From positions 1 to 64,000 of the forward strand of contig JYFJ02000694.1 in the NCBI GenBank assembly GCA_000934665.2: 64,000 bases of DNA, given 5' to 3'. Shown in pieces: positions 11,880 to 24,503 of the stretch (the first letter of the stretch is position 1; each line of letters begins with the position of its first letter). Under the pieces are notes generated by a model. That model was not told where the DNA came from. It saw only the letters and a list, made by a program, of their open reading frames with translations, and ran no database searches. The stretch is from Catajapyx aquilonaris. Its lineage: Eukaryota. A program made the translations under genes and the position numbers.

Positions 11880-12360
11880 TGAGCCGTCCTCGATAGCCTG
11901 CTGGTGGCGATAGACAGTCACACTTGCGTCATCATCATCATAATTCCCCAGTGAATATTGTTTAGTCAGTCATTATGCAACGGAACTGCTCCGGTGGCCC
12001 TCCTCCGGTTGTAACCAGCTCCTTCCCGCCTCCCTCTCCCCTTCCCTTGCCAAACCCCACACCAGCAGCCAGGCTGTGATATTTGATCTGACCTCGAATC
12101 TGACTGTTCCAAAGCGTGCCGTGCTGATTGCGGCCGTCCGAGGTCCGATACCGAGCCGATCGATCAATATGGGGGGGTGCGTTCGGAAAGGGAGGCACGC
12201 ACGTGCAGTGCTGCTCTTCTGTGACGTCACGTGGAGTTTAGGGGGTACATTCAAACTGACCTCCACGAACACACGTTGTCCAAGTGCATCTCATCTACTT
12301 ACTGACGGCGAGTGGTATTGAGATAAAACGTCTGTAGAGATAGGATCAGGAGATCGGCTG
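11880..12360 (-). promoter_or_regulatory. CpG island, probable promoter of complete GSS, with overlapping CRE and E-box
   Basis: CpG-rich block upstream of the GSS first coding exon. GTGACGTCAC palindrome (CRE) at 12221-12230 overlaps CACGTG at 12228-12233; a second CACGTG lies at 12200-12205. Confidence 0.55.
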
Positions 12361-13122
12361 GGGATGGCCAAAGTCCAGAAGAGAGAATAAAAGTACACCT
12401 CATTGAATGGGCATTATAATTAAAACTGCCACTTACTGACATATTCTCATCTGGGCCTGACCAGCTAGTGTGGTGACCTTCTTGGGTACACATTTCTCAT
12501 GAGGTTCAACAACACCGAAGTCCCTGAAAATGCTGACTATCATGATAAAATAAAATACATATAGACAAATAGTTTAACACTGGTTTATTGACCTAACAGG
12601 AAAGCGGTACAGTTTGGCACTATTTGCATCTTATCACAGGTTTGAAATAAGTACAGTAATGTCTGGATAGTAGCTGCTTACCATCACAACTCTATAACCC
12701 TGCATACAGAGTAGACAAGTAGTAATACCAAGGTAATACTCGTACATACATAGCCAAAAACAATAATTAAAATGCCAGCAAAACATTGGTCCAGGTCACA
12801 TTAAACGCAAGGACATGCTCGATAAAATGCATCGCATTGGTATTTGTTAAGCGTCATCTTACTCCAAAAATGCAGTTCCAAATGTGATGGTGCAACCAAT
12901 CAATTTGCATAGCAATTAAAAATACCCAGTGGAAAGTGTTTTTACTAATTATAATCACAACCCCATGTCCTTAAATCACAGAATCAATAAAAGCTCCTCC
13001 TTCTACCAAGTACAATATTGTACAATCACTACACGTTGAGAAAACCTTACTCAGTCTACTATTCCATGAGTAATACTGCAACTCTGCAGCAGCATTGTAC
13101 TTGTGGTCATTTGTCCAGATGT

Positions 13123-13680
13123 GTACAAGAGGCAATCAAAATATTTTGGGTCTAGGCATGAGGATTAAATGCGGTTGAGAATTGTCACAGTGATGTTAAT
13201 CATTGTTGAGAAAGCTTTCATGTTATTGCTTCAGAGTGACAGTAGGTTATTTCCTGTTTTTCCAAAATTCTGAGCACAATACAATTTGAACAATTCTGGA
13301 AGATGTAGACTTGTTCACATCTATTTCGCCACAATTTTTGGTTTTATGCTTGATTGACAGTTCCAGCTTCCAGGCTCACAAAATATAGTGTATTTGTCCG
13401 AATGAGATCACCAAAGGGTTTACCAGTTGATCACAGGTCTAATAAAGAAATACCACCCTGTCTGTAAGTTACTAAACAATAACTACGGACCTGAAGGGCA
13501 AAAGTTATTGTAATTTGTTCCATCTGTGCAGGTGACACTTGGTGATGGCATATCTACCAGTACACATGTCTCTCATCACAGTTGAGTAGATTTACATTGT
13601 TAAAAGTCCAGACATAGAGGTGGCAGAGATGCAGAATTGCACAGTCCAGGTTTCAAGTTATTGTGAAGCAACTACTGTAC
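13123..13680. mobile_element. Possible old mariner-like remnant
   Basis: The ends tacaagaggcaatcaaaatatttt... and ...tcaagttattgtgaagcaactactgta loosely resemble mariner TIRs with TA. Very decayed. Confidence 0.25.
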
Positions 13681-15497
13681 ATAACAAATACTGGATACTG
13701 TCAATATTTATGCCTTACGATTTTCTTTTGCTTGGTCCAAAACATTTGGATAGCCTATCATACTAGTACCACACTGTCACGTAAATATTCACATTATTGC
13801 TGCAAAAGCTTAAATATACGTGAAAGACATTAACAACACTAGAATCACATGAGGTATTTATGAATTTATGAAGTATTCATGCAATGTTAACAAAGAGAAT
13901 ACAAATCTCAGCCAATTTGAAAATTACTTCATAAACACTATCTATCACTTGTTAAATCACAACAATCTATCTCAAAAGTTTGTAACACTGCTCCCAAGCT
14001 GTTCAGCATGCAGTGTGACCCATACTATCATTTCAGTTAGCAATATTTGTGCCAAGTTGCTTACTGCTGGTCCAGTGTGTAGCTGAACTGACATACTGAT
14101 TTTATTCTGGATTGTGGGGAGCAAGCAAATGGCAGGAGGGGCTGGAATTGACTTTCCTGCCCAGCATGACATAACCCAACACCCCACATCCTCCCTGACA
14201 TTTGAGAATTGACATATCAGTTTAGCTATTATCTGGGTCAGCAGTAATATTAAGCAGCTTTTCTGAAACAATTGCTTTTAAGTAATTATGCCAGACTTAA
14301 AAAGTTCATTTCTGTCAGTATCCACTGCGAGGAATAATTTTTTATGTCTTACGCTCACATTTGCATTACCTTTCAGGGCTCCCTGTGTTGCCTCTATTTA
14401 AGGTAATATAACGATACTGCACGATACGACAAAAAGATACTGCTTAAAAACAAGCATCTTGTGTGGAAATGCAGCTAACTGAAGTGTATAATGCATTGGA
14501 ATCACCTTACATTTATTTAAGTCCTCACTATGAGCTGCTGACAGCATATGCATAAAAAATACACGTTCAGAAAATCAATAAATAGTGTATGAGGTATCTC
14601 AGACCTCTTAAAATTTCCGTATGTTCAACAAGACTAGGCTCTGTACTAAAACTAGCATTCTTCACAAATATAGCTATAATTTGGCCAAAAATATTACTTT
14701 GTACATTTCTGCTGCACGAAAATAATTCTCAGGATTAAAAAATACTCTGCTCGTGACCACAACAGATAAAACACCATGCATTATTTTAACACAGCTCTGA
14801 AGGAGTTAAAAAAAATAGTCTGCAGTACTGCAGATCCTAAAATATATGGTTGTAATATTGACACCCAACATGAAAATAATTTATTGCTGAAAGTTTCCAT
14901 GAGAGAAACATGTGAATTTGACCTCAAAATATGCAGCAAGTTTCCCTTTAAAGCTTGAAATATTATTTCGGAAACTACATGTTGGAATTAGTGCTGTCAA
15001 TAAAGGATGTCTCACTGGTAACGACACGGTGGGGACACTGGTGGAAGAAAACATCACGTTCTGAGTTTAAGTAGTAAATGTAACTTGTAGTTCTCCCAAA
15101 CTACTTGATGTGCTTTTGCTCTTCCCCTCTTAATATAGGCCCTTCCTGATGACTGGGCAAGTATTGCTTATTAGAAAGAGCGAAACTTATTAGTCACTAA
15201 CTGGTGACCATTTTGAAGTAAGTGAAAAATACTTGGTCAATCAAAAAGGGGAGGTGGGGATGTGGGGATATATGACCTCCTTTTTAGGGGTGGGAGCAGG
15301 AGGCTCGGATTTTGAAGATATCGCACAACATACGAGAAGGAATCATGTGTACAGAGGAAAAGAGCACCTCTAATGCCAGTGTGACACCCTTTACGGACAA
15401 CCACTTTCTACTGATTACAGAAAGCAGATATAATATATTCAGTTTTGAATTACATTACAACTGGAACATTTGCATGCTGTACTGACCATCACAGTAT

Positions 15498-17949
15498 TCA
15501 AGCCTTCTTTGAAGCAGCTGAGAGGGTGTGAATCAGGATCATTTTGCTGTCAATGATGTCTTGCAGCCACTTTTCACAAAAGCGGCTCTGCCCAGGAACA
15601 TGAACCATGCGGTTGGTTTCCATCTGAAAAGTCACCTGTTTGTCCCCCACCAAAAAAGTATTATGTAGTTATATGCAGCATTAACTTTAAAAACTAATTA
15701 GTTTATAACGTTACTTTCTCTGTAAATTTTAATTACTTCAACAAGTCTGACAAACAGTTTTAAGTAGTAGTTGTCGAAATGCAAATATTGGCATAATTTA
15801 TCATCATAATTATTGCCAATGTTTCCACACACAAAATTGCATAACAATAGTGCAATGATAAAGTCCCGTAGCAGCCATGTGTCTTCACAAGTTCATTCAC
15901 ATGTTATTGCAAGGCTTTGGATAAGACATTTTCCACTTATCTAATGCATACAGATGAGGGGCCATGACTGAGATTTTTCAATTAATAATTTTGTTTTTGG
16001 CTGTATCAGAATGACCTTCTCTTATTTGAATTTCGTCATCACCTGCACTTGGGCATCTTCTGGTTGCACACGTGACACATGCATGGTGAAGTAGACACTG
16101 GCTGTCACTCGGGGGATTGGCATCTCCTTTGTTGGGATGCTCCATTTCACCTTTATTCAACGTAATAGAAAAAACAAACTCAAGTTAATATTTCATCACA
16201 AAAGTAAATTACCAAGACCTGGTTGTTACACTCAAACTTTAAGTATAGCGCGGACAAGTAAACGACAATGTGACGTCATCGTCACACAACAATATGAGTA
16301 ATCAGTGTCAACAAAAAAACATTGTTTACTCATATTGTTGCATGGGAACATAATGATGACAGATCGTCGTTTTGTTTTCCGCACTATAAGTGAGGATTTT
16401 CCTTTGTGATCACATACCTGCATACAATAGCATATCTGCAATCATTGTATTATGTATACTTCTTCATGGTGTTGATGGAATTAATGAACAGTGTTACAAA
16501 TATTGCAAATTATCAGTGGCAAGGTACTTTATAATCCATGTAAAATAATGCAGGATATGATGGACAAGACAGACCTAACCTCAATGAAATGGGTCTGTTT
16601 CAAAACTTGACAGGTTCACTATGTGATCTAGTTTTCTAGTACGTGGCCAGAATGATTTAGACAGCTTGTGTGCTGTTGGATGCAGATCACAAACACACCT
16701 GTTGATATAATTACTGCTCAATGCATGGCTCAACCCAAGCCCCCATGCAGCTACGATCAGCAAAGTTTCCTTTAATGGCTACGCCTTTCTAATTCAAAAA
16801 TTACTTACCTGATACACATACTTGTCTCCATACTGTGTGGGCTGCCTCTGCACAAAGTCAATGCAGTAGCCCCACTTCGTTGATCGCTGCCAGGTGATTA
16901 TGTATTCATCAATACTTTCCAATCCCTTATCTTGCGTGAACTCTCCATTAGTGGGCCAGTTGATGTTGGGGGCAGGATCAGCTGTGAAGGAGGCCAAATC
17001 TGCACGTAGCTCTTTCTCTGCTACCACCAACCGATCTGGCTTAGCCGAGTTGTGGCCCCTATCCTGAGCCTTCCTGACAACACCACCTTCCCCACCCACA
17101 GCAGGACCGTAGGGTTGACGGTACTGGAAGGGAGTTGTGGAGTGTCCACCCCTGCCACCAGTGGGCTTCGGCTGTAGGTTCAGCTGGAAATTGAATGGAA
17201 TTGCATGACTATCAATGGATAGGCATCCTCAAATATGCAATCGGAGGCAATTTTAAAAATAAATGCAATTGAATCCTCACTTGTTCCAGAAAATGCTCAA
17301 CAGGTATGATTTGATTCTAAGTAATCCATCCCATCATTCCATATTTCACAGAAATTACATTTAGATGATACCCAAAATGGGTTCAGCTGGTGAATTCATG
17401 ATGACCTTCTGCCTATCTCAAAGTGTAATTCATTTCACTATTGGGACGATTTAGGCTACAGCATGCACTACTTGTACCTCTCAATGTAAAACTAAACATA
17501 CCCTGGGGTGCGGGATATCATTCTTATTTGGATCTGCACTATCCATATCTGCCATATTTCTGATGACCATCCTTAGCTCATCACCATCCAAAGGCGTCTC
17601 CTCTTCCTCCCCATCACTGGCATTGAAATGCGCCTTTTCCGCCAGCACCCCCACCTGGTTGAGGTAGCAAACAGCCTGCAGGATGGTGGTGTCCACAATA
17701 GACTCTGCAGTAGCTTCCAGCTCATCCTCCTCATGGCTCAGCTCCTCTTCTGTGAAGTAAGTCACCGCAGCTGGCCCAAGCTCAATACTGACCCGTGAAG
17801 CTGGACGGTCCTTGGAAGAAATCACATCCACCGAACTCACTGTCCTGCTCAGCTCCACCTCTACAAAAAATATCAGAAAGTTGTGAAAGTGTAATAAAAC
17901 ATGATTAGGAATTCTATATGTTGTACAGAGGCTGACCTTGGTTCGACAT
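15498..17949 (-). CDS. AKAP14: A-kinase anchor protein 14 (AKAP14/AKAP28)-like, about 330 aa, 5 coding exons
   Basis: Exons (minus): 17949-17937, 17860-17502, 17183-16809, 16150-16043, 15635-15498; GT-AG with consistent phases (993 nt). The C-terminal AKAP28 domain reads NINWPTNGEFTQDKGLESIDEYIITW...WGYCIDF...YVYQVKWSIPTKEMPIPRVTASVYFT...VTFQMETNRMVHVPGQSRFCEKWLQDIIDSKMIL. N-terminal amphipathic helix ELEATAESIVDTTILQAV. The start codon (MSNQE) is less certain. Confidence 0.88.
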
Positions 17950-19165
17950 TCCTGCAGAAGTGGGGGTGGGTTGCCGCTTGTAAGTGATGGACTAGCCTGA
18001 ACCTGCCTCGTTCCCTGCCTCGTTCCCTCCTGGCCCTGCGTGTGTGTGTGTCAGGCTGCAGGAACCGCGCAGAGTCGTGGAATGTCCCGTCCTTGGATGG
18101 AATTTAAAACGGCGGGATGCAGCCTCGCTACTGCTGCTGTCGGGGGTGTTGGCAGTGATAGAGTCAGTGCAGACTACTTCGGTGCCGATGTTCCTGCGGC
18201 ACAACTGCAGCAGGAGACGGTGCAACGCAGTGCAATGAGAACGATATCGTCTCTTTGGCTTTGATAATTTTTTTTCTTTAATACTTCACTGTTGTCACAC
18301 TGTTAGTACAGTTATGGCCTAATGATCACTATAAACAATAGTGCTGCCATGGGGTTTGACTAGAGATCTGGTTTGACTGTTCTAAAATTAATTTTATTAG
18401 TTGACATTGTTTCGTCGATTACAAATAGAATTGTCGCTAAAAAGCGCTTTCTTGGAATTAAGAAAGGGTTTGCTAGTGGCATACATTTATTTGACATGCC
18501 TGTACTTTACGAAGTAACTGGTATTTTCACGTTGCTGCGCATCATTTGAGGAGGATTGACGTCATTGGTAACCCAGAGCGCGATGTTTGTAATTTTTAGT
18601 AATTTTACATTGAAATCATTTCGAAAAACAATCCGCCTCTGCGGCTGCTAGCAAAAGTGAATATGGACTTGTCACACTGACAGTAGGAATGTGCGATTAT
18701 AACACACTTATTATTCTGACTTCATTCGACATTAGGTGCGGGATTGCATGAAAAATCAACTGTATATGGAAAAACCACATATACATATTATAGTTTTTCC
18801 AACGCCGCAGGATGGGATACAGTTTGAATTCGAAAAAAAAACTATTATTGGTTTAGCCTTGTACAGACCAGGAGATGTGCCCAACAGGTGCAGAATGTAA
18901 GGTGCAAATTATTACAATCAATGAGCGTACATTTCAATTTATATGTTCCTCCATCCTGACCATCCGCAGGCACCGTACAGTTATTACATAATTATAGATT
19001 TCCAGTGAACACACGCGACTGTAAATCAGTAACTTGAAAGTTTACTTATTCGCACTTGCTATAGAGCAGAAGTCAGTAATTTATACAGTGCCCTCTACGT
19101 CTCAGTTAACACTCAGTGATAAAAATATCCTGGTAATTATCTATATACTTAGGCTGGTTTGTGAT

Positions 19166-19200
19166 TACAGTAGAGCCTCGATTATCTGGACATCAGTATA
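19166..19200 (+). mobile_element. Solitary pogo/Tigger-like TIR fragment
   Basis: ta-cagtagagcctcgattatctggac resembles a pogo/Tigger terminus; no partner TIR found. Confidence 0.3.
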
Positions 19201-21022
19201 TCTTCTTATCGATATTTACAGAGTTCGGTTGCGCGGTCATGGAAGCTGCATATTTCATTCAATTCGTAATATATATTACGTTTGCCTATCTACCATATGG
19301 CTACCATATGGCTCAGTACACTGTCCATCATATAAAGATCAATAAGAGTATTATACTGTAAATCAGGTTGAATAATTGATTTATACATCACTTTCCAGTG
19401 CTTGACAGTTATTACCCAATCTTATTACAGGGGTATATCGTGCGTGTATTTCATAGAAATGTTTTCTAATTTGAAATGGAACGAATCTTGTAACAAAGGC
19501 AATCGAGAAAATAAAAAGCAATGGCACATGACTGCCTGGCTGGGAAGGCAATGACGTAAATCAGAATCTGTTTGAAAAACTGAATTGCGAGTAGACGTGA
19601 AACGACCGGCGAGTACCGAAAAGCGCATTATTATGCCTCTGGTGTTACGGCCAGCTGTGGCTTGTTTGGATAACCTAAAATGCGCTGGGCCTGAGCAACT
19701 ATACAGAGAAAAATGTCCAGAATAATTTGAACTTGTTTAGCTGGTTTCAGCAAAAAAAAAAACGAAAAACACGACTTTTTCACATATTGATTGTGCCTGC
19801 AGCATTTTTATTTCAACCTCACCCTTTTTTCTCAGCAGGCCATTTATTTTTCTTTTCACTCGCGATGGGACATGACCATCTGCGACAACCCTATATCATG
19901 GGCCCAGTAACTTTCCCTAAAGCATTACAGTCCCCACAAGTAAATATAACTGTAATTCTACAGCACAAGTCATGTTCACACCGAGCATAGAGTCTTGATC
20001 CCAACAGCTTCTCCATTACTTCCAGCTCAAGTCTTGTATATACCAAAGTGCGTGACTAGAACACAGTTTATAGGCGCTGAAAACAGCTCCGGCATACAGT
20101 TCTTGTTGGAAGAGGTAATTGATCAAGGTGCAAACATTACGTGCAAGCAGAATGATTCAGGCGAACTTATTTCCTGGCACCTGGGTATCACTTGCGCCTT
20201 GAAATCTTATAAGATGAATGCCACACAAAAATTAAAATATCCTGGCAGGTACGCACCCCACCATTAGAGCTTCCCATAATTTTCATTAAAAATATAGCAT
20301 TTTTCTTCTCTCTATCTGGTGAAGTTTATTTAGTCCTAATTTAACGACACATTGAACCAGGAGTTTTTCTAGCATGCAAGCAAGTTCAAGTCATATCAGC
20401 ACTGAAAAGAACTTTCAGGTAAAATGAAAAAGCAAAGTCGCATGGTGGGACTATATACTTGCCACAGTATAACATTTACATTTGACCTCAGTACCTGCTT
20501 TGTACTGTACGTAAGATTCGTTGGTATGCATATATATCAAGGATTTAAAGCTAGATTGATGTCGGAATTATTGCGGAACACCTTATGCGCCTGCATAAAA
20601 ATAGCCACCAATAAGATACACCCTTTTTTGTGGACCCCCGCGTACACAGTATACGAGTACATTAATCTTATTAATATCCCTCCACTGAATATCACTTTCA
20701 TCTTACGCCTCGCTACACAATCACCAACGTGGTTTTATTAACATTTGAATTTTAAAAACGATTCATGTATACTGCAATGCAGCACGCATTAACCTTTGAC
20801 ATTTTTTTATGTTTTAGTGGGTACAGTTTCCATAGCAATCATTATGCCCTGTATTCATCCTCAAGGTTGGTGGCTACTCGAAAGGCAATCACACCCGGCA
20901 CCTAAGAAACGACGCAAAACATTGACTGCTTTGGCCTGTGAACTACGGCAACGCACACTATGACAACCCTCCGTGTGTCTGCTATCCAATTGCGCAAGGC
21001 CCTACTTCAAGCAGTTTGACAC

Positions 21023-24007
21023 ATGGCTTCCGCAAATATGGGACGTGCTGCAATGGTCTGGGGTTTGCTGGCATTGACAACGGTGTCCCATTTGGCCGAC
21101 GCTGTGGACGTCAATGGGCTGTACCGATATGACAAGTGGAACAACATGATTACCGAGAACCTCAAGCCCGATCAGGTTTTTAAGCAGCCTCCAGGACATA
21201 CAGTCAACAGCTGCGTTATGTTGTGCCAGCTGAACGACGCTGGCTGCTCTGCTTTCATCTACGATGGTAATTAATGTCGTAAACAGTTTTCGTTTGAATA
21301 AGTGCTTTTCATATAGAAAACTTCTTGACGCAAGCTATAGCAATTGTACTGAGCAATGCAAAATAATGTAATGAAAGAAGCGGGGGTGTACAGCAGAATA
21401 TGCAATTTCTCGTAAATATTGTGAAATCTCATTAAATATTCTACATATACCGCCTTATTTGAATGCATGAATTAATCACTCCGGACAGCCTACCTTGCGT
21501 CTGAGAGAAATGTTGTCTATTAAAGAGCTTCAATTGGTTGAAGTAATTCACCATGAGAAGGTTCAGCGAAGGGGAAACTCAGGTAATGAACTGGTGCTGG
21601 TAAAAAGAGAGAAGGTGAAAAGGTACTCCCACATAACTGCGTCAACATACTATTGTCATGGCAACCTAACTAATTAGTCCAGGTCGTACACTTGCCATCA
21701 AGAATGGGAATATTATCCTACGCTGTCATGGGTTTGACGCAGGGTTTACTAAAATGTTATGAGGCATATCCTTTAGCATTTACGGTTTGGTGAGCTCTTA
21801 TTGACCTGAATAATTTTATTGCATAAATTATATGGGTGCTTTACGGAGATGGATGGAATTAGAATAAGTGCCAAAATCCGGGCATGTTAAGTACAGTACT
21901 AGGTGCGTAAACCACAAAAATATGCAGACCTACTGCTTACATTTTTACTGCTACTTCATGTATTAAACAAGACAAAAATGGAGTGATTGATTGTTTGAAA
22001 TTTTGTGGCAAAAAATAATGGACAAGGTGTGATATTGGAAAGCCTCATGTTCGGTCCCTTCATATTTTCAGCAGTGCCAATCAAGCGGAAGCATGTTACA
22101 TTATTTTACTTATTTCTCATAGCCTCACGCCCCACTGAAATCCTCTCACGCCCCCCTCCCCCCCGCAGGTTGGGAACCACTGCTCTAGAGTACGTATATT
22201 AGGTTTTAATTGTTTGCAGTATTTCTGTAAGGTAATAACTGAATTTTAATTGGAATTGGCCTTGTAGCAAACGAGCTTGATTTTTTTTTTTTTTTGCTGA
22301 AGGTGATAGTTCCTACAGTTAAAGAAGGGATGTTTTTAGAGAAATACTATGCAAAATATTCATCCACCTGTGGGAGAATAGATAGATTTTAAATTTCACA
22401 GATTCTAGATACCCCTCAGAATGGAAGGAGCTCTGTGAGGTTAGCATGTTAATTCTGAGGCTATGGGAAAATCAAAGGGAACTTTGTGGTATCTGTAGCC
22501 TATTACAGCCTATTGTGCAGTATAAAAAATATTACGTAACTTCCACCACAAAGCAGCTTTTTAAACTTGTTAATATGCCAATATCACATTACACAGTAAA
22601 TTAACTTCGTGTTAATTAGTTTGCATTCAGAAAACTAATTATGACATAAACTGAGAGCATGTTTCGCGAGATTCCTTTGTTCCCATTTCAAATTTTAACT
22701 AGAAGCTGGCCAATTTGGCAATGTGTTCGTAGCGACTTGCGAGAATAATGAAGACTGTAGGCTATAATTAACTACTTCTGAGTATGCCATATTCATTTAA
22801 TATTATTCTGCAGATTGCACCATCCTGTTACTGAAATAACTCAGAATAGTAGCTGACTAGCTGTTCATCGTGGACTTGATTCATGTGCAGCATAATTATA
22901 TCGTATAGTATTGTTTTAATTTTGTAATACTGTACACAAAAATGTTGAGTGATTTTTAGGTCTTTTATGCAGATCCATTTATCTCATCACTTTCTGAAAT
23001 GAAGCACATCCTTCGAGAGTAAGTGCTAAACTTTTCCTTTCTACAAGTGCTCTTCATCCCCCGTCTAAGAGAAACTTCTCCCATATCTCAAAAGCTCAGT
23101 CATGCCGCGCCAGTGTTTACAAAGGAGTTACCTTGTGCACAGCAAGGTCCCAGAAATTAATCCGTCCCCATAATTGTTGATGTAACATTTGCGTGGAATA
23201 TAGGGCAGACCTAATAATATTCTCTACGTACAACAGTAGCCTAATTACATACACACTGTAAACTAATAACGTTCTGGGCTGATCCTGAAGATAAAGTGAT
23301 TTTGGCGAGTGGAAAATCACTTTGAATGCCAAGTAACTCCGGTAATTCCCATTTAACTAATTTCACTATTTGCAGAGAAAACTGGCTTATGTTCCACCTT
23401 CGTGGTGGACAAGAACGACAGAGAACTGGACGCCACGAAGCTGCCTCCTGGTCAGACGCTGTTCATCAACTACTCCATTCCGATTTCGGATCTCTGCCCA
23501 GAAAATCAAGCTCAGAATATGAGCGTGTCTGCTTCCAGCGTCAACATCTCCTCTCTTGCCTTCAGCGTGGATGGTATCACAACTAAAAGAAATATATTTT
23601 CAACTCGTCATGAGGACCCCCGTCCATGGTGGGCCGTCGACTTGGGCCGTGAATTTACAGTCCTCATGATTCGTTTCTATATCAATCCGGACTTTCCACG
23701 ACGTCTTCACGACATGGAAATTAGGGTCGGTAATAATCCGATTACTAATGAGAATGACCCCAAGACTAATTTGCTCTGCCATGAATACATAGGAACGCCA
23801 GGAATGCCCGCAGGCGTAAAAAAGGCATTTGATTTTGTTGAGAATAGATGCACTAGGTTTGGGAAGAAAGGCAGGTATGTTTCCATGCAGATCATGAAAG
23901 ATCTACTTCCTGAGATATTAAGCAAGCAGCCCATGAGGGATTACAAGAATGTAGTTACTTTTCGAGAATTTGAAGTTTACGGGTTTCCTGAGCCTCAGCC
24001 AGAGTGA
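21023..24007 (+). CDS. Secreted protein: signal peptide, PAN/apple-like domain and F-type lectin (fucolectin, F5/8 type C fold) domain, 291 aa
   Basis: Exons 21023-21266 and 23376-24007 (GATG|gtaatt...tgcag|AGAAAA, phase 1, 876 nt). Hydrophobic leader MGRAAMVWGLLALTTVSHLADA. PAN-like CVMLCQLNDAGCSAFIYDEKTGLC. FTLD hallmarks NQAQNMSVSASS, SVDG, PWWAVDLG, EIRVGN, NLLC, GRYVS, EFEVYG. Confidence 0.88.
22120..22190. mobile_element. hAT (Charlie-like) MITE terminus
   Basis: caggttgggaaccactg followed by ctctagag, which fits the NTCTAGAN target preference of Charlie-type hATs. The same terminus recurs at about 55973-55989. Confidence 0.55.
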
Positions 24008-24380
24008 TCTGTTTTACCTGACGCATACAAAAATGTAGGTTCAGTAGGATTTTTTTAAAAATGATGTGTGAATTATTTAGCATTATGATTGAGCATTAAG
24101 CACATCAGCATTCAAGGTAACCGTTGATAAATCACAGTTCAGATCAGATTGATTGTAGTAGATTGATATATGCAACACCCCTCGTTTTATGACGCTTGTA
24201 TGAAGCTTGTTCTAATTCATACAAAGGCCTGGCCTTACTTGAGTGTTACACAACAGCATAATAATTTACACACGACTCTCTTCAACTATCTTAAAACAAT
24301 AACTGCCAAATCGAAGGAACCATGATTAAAAACATCAAAACCGCCGTATAGTGTATTCGACCACTTCATTCATACTAGTC

Positions 24381-24503
24381 GTGCATGCGCATCTCCCACT
24401 GAGCAGATGAAACTACTTGTCAACCTTACATGTGACGTCAAGAGGCCTTTTATCAAGAGTCTAATCCTGGTATAATGGCGCACTACTAGAACGTCAATCA
24501 GTT
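24381..24503 (+). promoter_or_regulatory. Candidate core promoter (NRF1-like, CRE, TATA-like, Inr)
   Basis: gtgcatgcgcat at 24381, TGACGTCA at 24433-24440, TATAAT at 24471 and arthropod Inr TCAGTT at 24498-24503, about 29 bp after the TATA-like box. No recognised gene lies downstream. Confidence 0.35.

Noticed and set aside
11921..11930. GC-AG donor (AC|GCAAGT) for a GSS 5' UTR exon
   Set aside because: Plausible, but the exon-side context is weak and it cannot be supported without transcripts.
15146..15195. Hammerhead-like CTGATGA...GAAAC...GTC
   Set aside because: Stem II does not close and stem I has no partner; the similar hit near 44887 also fails.
16580..16698. AG/GT-bounded block in an AKAP14 intron as the missing exon
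   Set aside because: It is 119 nt, shifts the frame and has stops in the required frame. The real exon (VKWSIPT...) is 16150-16043.
18341..18572. RFX X-box motifs upstream of AKAP14
   Set aside because: gctgccatgggg and gtcattggtaac are only half or short matches.
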